A DNA stretch of 63,007 nucleotides, counting the filler, from Octopus bimaculoides (Eukaryota): the NCBI RefSeq assembly GCF_001194135.2. It is 3 parts of 3 records of this genome, joined end to end, with 100 filler letters (N's around TTAATTAATTAA, not from the genome) between each part and the next. Parts side by side here need not be neighbours in the genome. Positions count along the whole stretch, not along the records: positions 1 to 31,808 come from NC_068985.1; positions 31,909 to 57,827 come from NC_068999.1; 1 more part is not named here. The stretch is one strand, 5' to 3'. The stretch's first letter is position 1. Every line of letters begins with the position of its first letter. Shown piece after piece: positions 26,076 to 38,402 of the stretch. A model generated the notes under the pieces. That model was given only the letters and a program-made list of their open reading frames with translations, did not search any database and had not been told where the DNA came from. The position numbers and the translations under genes are program-made.

Positions 26076-26646
26076 ATAAAAGAAATATATATATATATAT
26101 AATAGTCTCTAAAAGCCCTGTATTTTCTTGTCGAATAACCTGCACAAACGATTTGTTTATAGTGATCAAATGTAAGTGATGTACATTAATTCACTCCCTC
26201 CATCAAATCGACGTTGCCTGAACAGGTGCACTGTGTACCGAATGTCAGGTGTCGAAGTGATTGCAGAGCAACATGAGATGTAGTGTTTTGTGCAAGAACA
26301 CGATGCACCGGCCGATCCGAGAATTGAAACCATAATTTTGCGATCCTGAGTACAACACCCTAACAGCAAGAGCATGCAACACCCCCAACACTATTTTATC
26401 TTTTAGTACCATGTTATCTTTTAGTCGAAAGAGAAGGCAGTGCCTATAACTCGTTACTTTCAAACTTGAAACCTGGCTCAAATGCTTGATACATAGAAAG
26501 CTCGGGTAAAATATATACAATATGCTGGGTGGTACTGTCTGTTAAGTTAGGCGACGCATTAAATCTACCACATAAGTCGACCATGTCGGGATTGAGCTCA
26601 GAACGCAGAGAGTCGGAACAAATAACGCGAATAACACACACACAAG

Positions 26647-26690
<44 letters not shown>

Positions 26691-26992
26691 CCAATCAAGT
26701 TATCTATCTGTCTGTCTACACATACACACACACACATATATCCATACATATATATATAAATATGTATACATAACACATGTGTGTGAGTGTGTGTGTGTGT
26801 GTGTTTGTGTGTAAAATATGCACACCTCCTGAGAGTAATTTAAAAGAAAATTATCTGATCTAAAATTTAACAATGAAGAGAAGGCAAAAAAAAATGATAA
26901 ATAAAAAAGGAAGAAAATGTTCATAAAACATTCTAAATAACTCAAAACAAAAACAACAAAAGGTTCGAAAAAAGTACAAAAACAAAAAACCA

Positions 26993-27674
26993 ACAATATT
27001 GTACTTGAAAATGGCGGTTTGTTAATAAGAACGACAAAGTAGCAAATTACTGAGCTTTCATATATACACACCAGTTACACGCTAATATGACATTCAAAAC
27101 TAAATTATAGCTTCTGTCTCGTGTAAATAACTACTTTGTAAAAGAGGGTGTTTTGTAGCCATTTTCTTTTGAAATTATCATCACCATCACCCCTACCACC
27201 ACCATAACTGTCACTACAACCACCACCACCACCACCACCACCACCAACACGGCCACCTCGAACATCATCATCATCATCATCATCCTCCTCCTNNNNNNNN
27301 NNNNNNNNNNNNNNNNNNNNNNNNNNNNNNNNNNNNNNNNNNNNNNNNNNNNNNNNNNNNNNNNNNNNNNNNNNNNNNNNNNNNNNNNNNCTCCTCCTCC
27401 TCCTCCTCCTCCTCATCATCATCATCATCATCAAAATCCTCAATATCATCAATATCATTATTCGCCAAGAATTATCTAGAAATGATTATCTCCCTTACAA
27501 AAAATCGCCACCGAGGCATACCGCGTGTTTAAAAAATGTTGTGAGGTATCGGCCGAGTCCATCGTGAGGATTACCCCCCTACTTACCTTTAACAAAGCAG
27601 GGCAGGTGGTATTTCCTTGTCTCGAGGCTATGTCGTTCTTATTAACAAACCGCCATTTTCAAGTACAATATTGT
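26993..27674. repeat. 44-bp perfect inverted repeat pair enclosing ~594 bp
   Basis: ACAATATTGTACTTGAAAATGGCGGTTTGTTAATAAGAACGACA at 26993-27036 is the exact reverse complement of 27631-27674. Confidence 0.85.
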
Positions 27675-29111
27675 ATGCTAGACGAAGCTGAAAAGATTGA
27701 GGAAAGACACTTTCCCCTTCGCTCAGGCCTCCGGTCAGGCTTTTTAAAGTTCCATTTAGAAAAAAAAGTGTGAGTGGTGAGGGAAATACTCTCTCCTATT
27801 GCTAGAAATGGTTAGGGTGAATGGACATACTCTAAGCATGCGCTTGAGGATTGGAGAAAAACAGGTGGGCAAGGGCTCGTAACTTTGGTGTGGTGGTCAG
27901 GCTAATCCTGGAACTGTGGGGTTCCCTGATTAGCCATAGCTCGAGGTTCTCCTGCAACAGGAGGACTATTTCCTTCATGTGGACACATACATTGTATTTA
28001 TCTAATTTTATCCCCTCTCTTTCTTTCGCCTCATCTTTTATGTAATGCACTCCTCATTCGAAGTCCCTGTGGCAAATAGAAGAAATTATCATCATTGTCA
28101 TCATCGTCGTAGTCGTCGTCGTCCCCNNNNNNNNNNNNNNNNNNNNNNNNNNNNNNNNNNNNNNNNNNNNNNNNNNNNNNNNNNNNNNNNNNNNNNNNNN
28201 NNNNNNNNNNNNNNNNNNNNNNNNNNNNNNNNNNNNNNNNNNNNNNNNNNNNNNNNNNNNNNNNNNNNNNNNNNNNNNNNNNNNNNNNNNNNNNNNNNNN
28301 NNNNNNNNNNNNNNNNNNNNNNNNNNNNNNNNNNNNNNNNNNNNNNNNNNNNNNNNNNNNNNNNNNNNNNNNNNNNNNNNNNNNNNNNNNNNNNNNNNNN
28401 NNNNNNNNNNNNNNNNNNNNNNNNNNNNNNNNNNNNNNNNNNNNNNNNNNNNNNNNNNNNNNNNNNNNNNNNNNNNNNNNNNNNNNNNNNNNNNNNNNNN
28501 NNNNNNNNNNNNNNNNNNNNNNNNNNNNNNNNNNNNNNNNNNNNNNNNNNNNNNNNNNNNNNNNNNNNNNNNNNNNNNNNNNNNNNNNNNNNNNNNNNNN
28601 NNNNNNNNNNNNNNNNNNNNNNNNNNNNNNNNNNNNNNNNNNNNNNNNNNNNNNNNNNNNNNNNNNNNNNNNNNNNNNNNNNNNNNNNNNNNNNNNNNNN
28701 NNNNNNNNNNNNNNNNNNNNNNNNNNNNNNNNNNNNNNNNNNNNCCACCACCACCGTCACCACCACCACCACCACCATACATTTAGTAACTCATAATGCC
28801 ACATTCTCCTTATCTTTGACTTTGCAAACATCGATTTAATTATAATTTCATTAATTAGATTGCACCGCTTACACCTCTACGTACCCCACACCATTGCACC
28901 ACTGCAACCACACACCACTACACCCTAAACTGTCACACCATAGCTTTCACCCATACACCCTTATACTTGCACAACCCTGCGCTACTTCACAGTCAGTAGA
29001 CCATGCCTTATCAAGTCACAACACTTCCACCTGACTTGGTTCAATCAAGCATGAAATCAACTGGCGAAACACACAGGGATTTCGTTCACACGTAAACCAC
29101 ACGCACACACA

Positions 29112-29153
<42 letters not shown>

Positions 29154-30289
29154 AACGCACACGCACAAACGCACACACACAGAAAGAAAGAGAGACTGAA
29201 TGAATGAAAAGACTACTACTATTAACTTATTTTGCCTTTTCTTCATATATTCATTTTTCATTACCACACGCAATACCATTATCATTTTGTTCTTCACCAC
29301 CACTGCAGCCGCCGCCGATACAACATTATAATTAAAAAGATTTCAAGTTGGTTGGAAGATTAATCCCAATTTTTAAATACGAAGCATTATTTCAATGTCT
29401 ACCACGATATGTATTTACATGCTTGAATGAGTTTGATTTCTGTTCATCATCATAAGGTGGCATATTTCTGGATTTGAACCTAAAACATTGATTTCTAAAT
29501 CAAGGGTAGAAAATGCCCTTATCCGGGAGCCCACGGCTCATATACAATTTTTAATTAGATTTATAGTTATATACCAAATTATCTTGGCAAGTGGACATAT
29601 ATAAGAAAAGTAAAATTTTAACTACACTCCAGAACAGGTCGTCTGCTCTGATAATATATATATATGAGAACGCAGACGATATCCCCAATCAGTAATTTCG
29701 TCAACGTCGGCCTTTACACGTTGGTCTGTTCATCTTAATAACATACAATGATATTGGAGAGTAACAATATAGAACTATTCAGAAATAATGACAGCCATGT
29801 GGTCACACGATCTGGTAGAAATAGTAACCAAATCGCAAAGAGAAATAACAAGTTTATAACGACTCAAAAGCGATTCCTCATGCGCCGGAAAAAAAAGCCC
29901 AGCCAATTTCATCTCAAGATCATACTCTACCGCCTGAAAAGTTAAAAGAAAAACACATTGGATTATATTCCATTAGATATGAAGTCCGAATAAATGTCGA
30001 GATTGTTTGAACTTCCCGAACATTTTTGATTATAAGCTTGCAATTATAGTCACAGTAAACGAAACAGCAATATTTACCGTATTTCAACAGTGGTTAACAG
30101 TTGTCTAAACCATACGTATTCAATGATGTGGTGAAGCTAATCTTTAATACACATGAGACATTCAGAAACCATTCTATATTTTTTGTTTATTTTTCTTGAG
30201 CCCAAGGAACCATAAAGCCTGTTACCCGGTTTCCATGGCCTATAAGCGACCGAGATCACAACCTTCCACCCTGAACAGGATGCAAGCAA

Positions 30290-30450
30290 TACTGAGGTGG
30301 TGGGAGGGAAGTCGATTACATCGATCCAAGAACTTGACTGGTAGTTTTATTATATCAATGATGAAGGGATGAAAGCCAAAGTTAGCTTCGGTGAAGTTTG
30401 GACTCAAACCGTAAAGAGCCAGAAGAAATGCCGCTAAGCATTTTATCAGG
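30290..30450 (-). mobile_element. SINE of the GCGGCGAGCTGGCAGAATCGTTAG family (partial)
   Basis: GTCGATTACATCGA...GGGATGAAAGCCAAAGTTAGC...GAAATGCCGCTAAGCATTTT. Confidence 0.75.
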
Positions 30451-30488
30451 CATGCGATCGATTTTGCCCCCTCGTTGTCTTTTCCCAT

Positions 30489-30522
<34 letters not shown>

Positions 30523-30525
<3 letters not shown>

Positions 30526-30634
30526 CTTGGATTTTAGGAATGGCAAAACAATCAACCATAGCTACCCCAGTAAGGGTGCAGAGTACAGCAGATAGCTGTG
30601 GTTGATTGTTTTGCCATTCCTAAAATCCAAGGAA
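30523..30634. repeat. Fold-back hairpin with 42-bp arms and a 28-nt loop
   Basis: TTCCTTGGATTTTAGGAATGGCAAAACAATCAACCATAGCTA (30523-64) pairs with 30593-30634 with one mismatch, which would be a G-U pair in the + transcript. Confidence 0.9.
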
Positions 30635-30854
30635 GGCAATATAAACAGAATACTACAGATAACAACTTGCTAAAAACTTGCTAAAAACTGCTACTTCTTT
30701 ATTATGAACCATTTTTCTGACTGGATACAAATTCTAATAAACGTTCAGCCACGTGGAGGCCAACTTTAGATGTACAATCATCATTTACGGTGGTGGAAAA
30801 ATTTCCACAAGTTTCATTTGGCCTGTAAACATTCTCGCGAACTTTTGATATTCT

Positions 30855-31145
30855 ACTTGTTTCAGTCATTGGACTGCGGCCATGCTGGGATACCGCATTG
30901 AAGGGTTTGGTCGAACAAATTGACCCCAGGACTTATAATTTTAAGTTTGGTACTTATCAGTTTCTTTTACCGAACCGCTAAGTTACAGGTGTCAAGCGGC
31001 GGTAGTGGTGGGNNNNNNNNNNATCTATATATATATGTACATGAGGATATAACAAAAGACACTTGCTCAAGGTGCCGCGCAATGGAACTGAACCCGAAAC
31101 TATGTGGTTGTAAAGCGAGCTGCTTAACCACACATCCATGCCTGC
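30855..31145 (-). mobile_element. Compound SINE in reverse orientation, same arrangement as 6751-7143
   Basis: The tRNA head at 31040-31145(-) is followed across a short gap by the associated segment at 30855-31010(-). Confidence 0.8.
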
Positions 31146-31453
31146 AGCAGTTAGGAGACTTTTTTGAGAGAATAATGAGCTTCACTAGACTACAGTTAGA
31201 ATTTGCCATTTTAAAAACAAAATCGAAAGCATGTTCAGTAACTTTTTGGCCTTTTATCTCGCGCACAACTAAATGCATATTGTATCCTGACTACAGCAAA
31301 CATGTGTAGGATTGTACACAACTGCACAAACCTCGCTAAGTAGTGTTCAGCAAGATTTATGAAGTAACATAACATTAAATTCAGTCACGTCTTTCATCTC
31401 ATCTTTGGGTACCAAATAATCCAGTTGCATAATAATAATAATAATAATAATAA

Positions 31454-31808
31454 TGAATGAAAAGGAAGGCAAAACAAATATAAAGCCTGGAAATAACGAA
31501 GGGAAACCTAATAATTACGATACTATGAAAATGAAAATAACCGAAGAACTGAAAACCACAGATCTTAGAATGGACCACAGATTATATCTCCCAAAAATCA
31601 AAATAGACAATAAAACAACATCAATAATAAATAGCATAAACCTGGCCGTCACGGAACTAACAACCACAGAAACAACAGGCAATATCACTGAGCTAAATGA
31701 CATGATATATGCGGCAGCCACTGCAGCCACAAAAGAAGCAGGATACTTACTCAAACCCATCCGAACAGGAGTTCTACCACCCAAACAGACCTTGTGGATA
31801 AATAACAT
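31454..31808 (+). mobile_element. R4/Dong-clade non-LTR retrotransposon fragment (pre-RT region) abutting (AAT)n
   Basis: Open frame ..HRLYLPKIK..INSINLAV..ITELNDMIYAAATAA..GY..KP..P...W.. resembles the R4/Dong N-terminal region. It directly follows (AAT)7, and Dong is known to target TAA microsatellites. Confidence 0.6.
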
Positions 31809-31908
31809 NNNNNNNNNNNNNNNNNNNNNNNNNNNNNNNNNNNNNNNNNNNNTTAATTAATTAANNNNNNNNNNNNNNNNNNNNNNNNNNNNNNNNNNNN
31901 NNNNNNNN

Positions 31909-31941
<33 letters not shown>

Positions 31942-32224
31942 TACTGTATTTGTACCAGTCTCTAATATTTTTAATCAACTTTTTAATCGCAGTTTATTTA
32001 TTTATATTATTCTATTGTATTTTTAATCGATTTTATTCCTATGTATAAAAATTTTGACTTCCCTTTACTAATTTGGCTTTGTGGTCTATGTTGTACTTCT
32101 TATATGTGGTCATTGGTGGGCTACGGCTTTTTGAGTCGATGACCTAACGGTTTTATTCTGCAATTAACTTTATATGTATATATGTATATGTATGTATATG
32201 TATATATGTATATGTATGTATATG

Positions 32225-32261
<37 letters not shown>

Positions 32262-32269
32262 GTCCCTTA

Positions 32270-32495
32270 GTGGCTGATGATACGTGCATCTCTGATCATG
32301 TGCAGAAGTAGTTGGGGAGCATCATAGCCATGTGGTGAGAGGAATTCTTTGGGGTTTGTTTAATTCACCTCTGGAAACATGGATGTTTCATTCAACATCC
32401 TTAAACAGACCTTATTCAGGGACCTTTTCAGTGGGCTGGGCTTCTCAAACTGAAAAAAATTCTAACTGGGCCCCACCTGCAAGCTCATGCTTGCT
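32270..32495 (-). mobile_element. SINE/RTE-tail-type repeat, decayed
   Basis: CATCATAGCCATGTGGTGAGAGGAATTCTTTGGGG...CCTTATTCAGGGACCTTTT...GGGCCCCACCTGCAAG followed by (AAT)n. Confidence 0.45.
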
Positions 32496-33487
32496 GCCTT
32501 CATAATATAATAATAATAATAATAATAATAATAANNNNNNNNNNATAATAATTGCAACCTTTGTTATTGAGATTTGTCCTCCGGGCTACACCTGACTAAG
32601 CAAACCCTAAGCTCACACAAATCATTTGTGACACAATTATGTTTGTTACATTTGTGACATGTAACATGTAGCTAAAACTATGATATTTACAGTTCCGTCT
32701 TCAGCAAGCTTGTAGAATGTGATTTAAAGAAAATCTGACTGTTATTTCTTGCAGTTCAAGTGGCCACCTTACCTCTCTGAGTTTCTTCTAGTGAAAGTAG
32801 AACACAGAGCTAAGCTAGCTGTGTATGGTCTGTAAAGAACAGACAGGAAACTGAAAAAGAAAAATAATACATTCGTTTATCTCCAGACAAAATATTAATG
32901 TAACTTGGAAATATTCATTGACAATTATTTCCTGCTCCTGTTTCTTGAATGCGTAAGCCAATTAATCTAGGATTTGTGTGATTCTGTTTGGTTAAGCAAT
33001 CATTTATTTATCTATTTATGTAATTTTTTTTTATGCTTCTAAGCCTCATAGGAATGGCTGTTAGGTCCATTTCCAGTGGATAAGCAACCACACTTCTCTT
33101 ATTTCTGACATCTCAAAAATAATTATTATAAAACTATCCTGCCTGTTTTATCCATGTGTTATGCTTACATCAAGGGAGGTTATAACTCAAGTGTAGAAAT
33201 ATATGTATAGAGAGGGAGGAAGTTGAGAAAGAGAGACAGAGAAACAAACAAAACAGGAATGGTGGAATCGGTAGAAAGAGAGAACGCATATATATATAGA
33301 GAGGGGGAGAATGTCTATATTAGAGAGAGAGAGAGGTCTATGTTTGAGAGGGTGAGAGAGACGGTCTACATTATTAGAAAGAGTTGGGGAGGATAAGGTC
33401 TACATTATTCTGCATTTGTGTGTTCAAATTGCAGGCATACTTGAAATGTTTAACATAATGAAACAATGTTATAAAAGATATATCAAT

Positions 33488-34266
33488 AGGGCTTTCCTAT
33501 AAGTAGGTTATCTCCCTTGGCTAGGCGGCGCTCCATGTAGATAATTAAACTTCCGGAGGCTAACCCACGCCATTGTTATTGTTTTACGTCTTATCATGGA
33601 TATAAAGCAGCTTGATGATTCAGCTATCGAAGTACTTACTGTGCCTGAGTTAAAGAAATATTTAAGATTATATGGACAGTATGTTACTGGAAGAAAGGCG
33701 GACTTGACTGAAAGGTTGAAAGGAATAAAAATTCTGTTGATGAAGAATGTCAACAAAGTAAATTCATCGGACGATAAGTCTGAAGTATCGGACGATATTT
33801 CAGACAGGAATAAGCAGANNNNNNNNNNNNNNNNNNNNNNNNNNNNNNNNNNNNNNNNNNNNNNNNNNNNNNNNNNNNNNNNNNNNNNNNNNNNNNNNNN
33901 NNNNNNNNNNNNNNNNNNNNNNNNNNNNNNNNNNNNNNNNNNNNNNNNNNNNNNNNNNNNNNNNNNNNNNNNNNNNNACAGTTAAGGAGTGGCATATTTT
34001 ACCACGACAGACACGTACACAGCATCGAATACCACGATGTGAGTGAAAGCTGCTCTCACTGTATTGTCCGGTGTCTGGTAATCCCTTCGATACCGACATC
34101 AAACCAAAAAAAGAATCCTGACCACAGAGTGTGGATAATTATGTCAAAGGTCACTGGCAATGTGGATTCAGCTGATTGCGACTGTTAAAGCAAGTCACTG
34201 AGCATGCGTACATGTCATACGGGAGAGTTCCAATCAGGGGTGGATAACACCTTATAGGAAAGCCCT
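33488..34266 (+). mobile_element. Non-autonomous TIR DNA transposon carrying a SAP-domain ORF start (ISL2EU/PHIS-like by inference)
   Basis: TIRs AGGGCTTTCCTATAAG..GTTATC at 33488 and GATAACAC-CTTATAGGAAAGCCCT ending at 34266, flanked by AT on both sides. The ORF at 33596, MDIKQLDDSAIEVLTVPELKKYLRLYGQYVTGRKADLTERL, fits the SAP motif. Confidence 0.8.
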
Positions 34267-35506
34267 ATAGTGCAGTTAACCGAAACATTTGTTTATAAAA
34301 TATGGACAATGAGAGACGACAAAAGCTAACCAGGGAAAGAACGAAAAAGATTACTTTCCAAGAAGAGAAACTCTTAAAAGTACAAATGTACTCTATGTAA
34401 TACATGTGCAGTACATGTGATGCATTGCATTGTGCCAAGTCAGGAACAATTATTCAAAGTCGTTATAAGAGTGCTGGATTAGCAGAATCGACTCTTGCAC
34501 AGAAAATTTTGCAGTATTTTATTTGCAGCTTTACATTCTGGTTTCAAATCCCATCAAGGTCAGCTTTTCTTTTAAGCCATTCTGGAGCCAATAAATTTAA
34601 GACCTCGATGGCATCTATTAATCCTTCTACATCTGTCATTCCATTCCTAATATAAATCTTGCAGGAAAATAATATAAATTGGTTCAAGTTTTTTAATGCC
34701 AACTTTTTTGAGACCACCTGTGGTTCTGTGACACTAACTTTGTTTTAAAGTGATCTTAATTATAAGCTTTGTCTAATATAAGTTAATATTATGTTATGTA
34801 ACAAATAGCAGCTTAATCATGACAGTTATTTCACTAAATTCTTCATTAATTTCAAAATCAATTAAAACAAAAGCAGTGTGTTTTGACAGAGATGCAGTAA
34901 CAAATGGGTTAAATACTTAAAAGATATTGTAAGTAAGAAGTGATAATCCTCTTAGGCAACCAGATTATCTACACTGGTAATATAACTGCTTGTACCTTGC
35001 TACATTATTCCCTGAACTCGTTTTGGTACCAACCTGCCTAAAATTGCTCTGATTCTATAACCGCTTTCTATTTTAAAGTAATCTAAATTAAAATCTTCTG
35101 TCCAAATTAATTTATATTCTAGACGTCAGCTTATTAATCACAGTTGTTTTTACATTCTTCACTAATTTCAAAATTTAATTGAAACAGTCAATGTATTTCT
35201 ACAGAAATATACGAACACGTGGGTTAAGCATTGTAAATGTATCTCAGTCTATGAACTGATATAGAAATCTTTGCAATTTGTAATACATGAGCAAAATCAC
35301 AGTTTGGGTAAAATAACTGGTACCACTTTCTTAAACCAGTACAAGACTGTTCCTCTTTAAGAATTAACCCTAAAAGAGTGACTAGAAACATTTGATTGAT
35401 GACAGCAAGATTGGAAATAAAAATAAATGGACACACAACAAAATAACATTTAATATTCTTTCTTTATTTGCCATTTTACCAATTCTGTCATCTTCTGACT
35501 TTTAGT

Positions 35507-35720
35507 TAACCCTTCAATATCCAGATTGGTCTGTCAAATGTGATGCTTATTTGTTCATGTTGTTTTGAATTAATCATGCATTATCTTGTGACTTCAAGAT
35601 TTCAATGACATGGTTGTCTTTAGAATGTAGGTGAGAAAGGCCAGATCTGGTCAGTTTGACCATAAAAAAAAGGCAGATTATTTAGGCTGAATATGGCCAG
35701 TTTAAATGCTAAATAGTCAA
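35507..35720. mobile_element. piggyBac-like MITE, decayed
   Basis: Starts TTAA-CCCTTCAATAT and ends ..AATGCTAAATAGTCAA, a degenerate version of AAGGG-TTAA. Two related GGGTTAA-ending ~100-bp segments lie at ~34800-34903 and ~35125-35228. Confidence 0.5.
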
Positions 35721-35744
35721 AGTATAATAATAATAATAATAATG

Positions 35745-35935
35745 GTTTCAGATTTTAGCACAGGGCCAGCAATTTCGTGGGAAAGAGTAAGTCAATTATA
35801 TCGACCCCAGAGTTCAAATGGTGCTTATTTTATTGGCCCCAAACTGATGAAAAGTAAAGTTGAGCTTGGCGGAATTAGAACTCAGAAAGTGAAGACAGAC
35901 GAAATACTGCTTAACATTTTGTCCACCATTTTAAC
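35745..35935 (-). mobile_element. SINE of the GCGGCGAGCTGGCAGAATCGTTAG family
   Basis: GGTTTCAGATTTTAGCACAGGGCCAGCAATTT...ATCGACCCCAG...GTGAAGACAGACGAAATACTGCTTAACATTTT. Confidence 0.75.
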
Positions 35936-36663
35936 NNNNNNNNNNNNNNNNNNNNNNNNNNNNNNNNNNNNNNNNNNNNNNNNNNNNNNNNNNNNNNNNN
36001 NNNNNNNNNNNNNNNNNNNNNNNNNNNNNNNNNNNNNNNNNNNNNNNNNNNNNNNNNNNNNNNNNNNNNNNNNNNNNNNNNNNNNNNNNNNNNNNNNNNN
36101 NNNNNNNNNNNNNNNNNNNNNNNNNNNNNNNNNNNNNNNNNNNNNNNNNNNNNNNNNNNNNNNNNNNNNNNNNNNNNNNNNNNNNNNNNNNNNNNNNNNN
36201 NNNNNNNNNNNNNNNNNNNNNNNNNNNNNNNNNNNNNNNNNNNNNNNNNNNNNNNNNNNNNNNNNNNNNNNNNNNNNNNNNNNNNNNNNNNNNNNNNNNN
36301 NNNNNNNNNNNNNNNNNNNNNNNNNNNNNNNNNNNNNNNNNNNNNNNNNNNNNNNNNNNNNNNNNNNNNNNNNNNNNNNNNNNNNNNNNNNNNNNAACCA
36401 TTATAACTTTCACTCTTTGAGTGATGTTCAATCAAAAGGCTGGTTTTGCAGTGATTTATGTAGAGTGGTGCCACCACAATTTTATTGTCTTATTCCATTA
36501 CATAGTTGGCTAGTAATTATTGAGGTTTTTTTTTTTCTTCTTTTTTTTTTGGTTTTTGTTTGTCCTCTTGCTTTTGAATTCGTTTGTGTTTGTTTGATTT
36601 GGTTGGTTATGTTTTCACTTTGTTTTCATAATTGTTCCCTCTATGTCACTCTCTCTACTCTCT

Positions 36664-36698
<35 letters not shown>

Positions 36699-36999
36699 TC
36701 TCTCTCGAGTCTCTATCACTTGTCTCCTGCTCTGCGATACAGCTGACGCTCTTGATTTTCAGCAATGAAAACGTACCTCGAAAATATCAATCATGTGTAG
36801 TTTTATTAGCCATAAAACTATACACTTATGTTACGTGTGTGTGTGTATGTGTTTGTGTGTGTGCGTGCGTACGCGCCGCGCAAGTGTGAGAGAGAACCAG
36901 TGAGAGTGAGAGGTCCTGTGGCTGCAGGGTTAACTTACTGAGCTGTTTGTCAATGACAATTCCACAAGTTTGATATTTATGAATAATGTTTCAGAAGCC

Positions 37000-37205
37000 G
37001 AGGTCATGGTTTAGATGGATGGTGGATGACCCAATTATTTTCCATGGCTTTGTCAGAGTTGGGAGAAGAATAGAAGCAGCAGAGATCTGTTTGAAGGAGT
37101 TCCGAACCTAGTAGTAAGAAAGGAGAATTTTCCTGAGGCAAAAGCCCTGACCCATAGATTTGCTTCCTGGGCAGATGGCATTCAGGGCTACATGGTGGTG
37201 GCAAA
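37000..37205 (+). pseudogene. Decayed R4/Dong RT fragment (domain 0)
   Basis: ..ASWADGIQGY(M/W)W resembles the R4-clade WKAPGPDGIQGYWWK motif. Confidence 0.45.
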
Positions 37206-37662
37206 CCAAGTGAACAATTAAGTCTGCATCCAAAACATTTTACTACATGTTCATCATAATTTAGAAAATTCTAGTAGTTTTCCAATTATTTAGTTGTTCA
37301 AAACTTAATTACAGTTAAAGGAAATCTTTCTATGGGATGGAGGAATTGCACAAATATAATGGAATTTCAAAAAGCAACGGTAATTTAGGGCAGACCGAGT
37401 ATTGCTATCAATAACAAATAAGATCCTTTCATGGTAACACTCTGATGCATCTGGTTCAAATGAATGTTTATCTTCCTTCTTGTAAGTCCACTGAGGTTCA
37501 TTAAGGATTGTTTTGGCTCATTAGAGTTAATCCTGTGTAAGGGAAGAGTAAAAAGAGTTCAAAAGATACCATTTCTTTACTGAGGGCTGGCAAGCTAGAA
37601 GGCTGCACCAGGCTCCAATCTGAACTGGCAATGTTCCTACAGCTGGATACCCTTCCTAACAC

Positions 37663-37702
<40 letters not shown>

Positions 37703-38402
37703 CATATACTTTATTTAAAAGCAGCAGAAATATAACAAAAAAACCGTTACTCTGAGTTTCACGTTCCCGTTCATCGGACAGTTTTGTTAGAAAGCTCCAG
37801 TTTGTTTTCTTTGTTGGTTTTCGAAAGGTCACTGAGTTATGAAATTTGAATCGATAAACAAATATCTCAATTTTCCAAGTCATCTAACTTGAAACAAACA
37901 AACAAAATAGAAATACAATAGGGATAATAATGTGAAATGTCTAAAAAATATTTTTAAAAAAAGTAATTTTAATACTACGTCATTTTGTGCCAAACTACTT
38001 CTTTAAATTGATGACTGGCAGTTTCCCCGCCGCCTTTTTTTTGTCCTTTTCCCTCTCTGCAAATCTAGATCTTATTCTTATCCTCATTTATCAATCATTA
38101 TAATTTGTGTTGTCAGTTATTTATATTACAAGAACATTTTTGTTTTCATAAAGTAAAAAGTTGGAAAAAAAGAAAAAAGAAAAATTATCGATTTGGTCAA
38201 TTGCTGATGGCTGCGTAAGGACTTGTGCTGATTTGGAAACGGTTTTGGAATTATTCGTTTGCAATCATCATCATCATCATCACCACCACCATCACTGTTG
38301 TCAGCACTACCACCACCATCAGTGTCATTGTCATTGTCTCTACCACCACCACCACTGCCATCATCATCATCACCATTCCTCACTTCCTCACATCATTTTC
38401 AG

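Noticed and set aside
31853-31864. TTAATTAATTAA island between N runs, repeated identically at 57872-57883
   Set aside because: The same 12-mer embedded in two separate gaps points to an assembly or scaffolding spacer, not biology.
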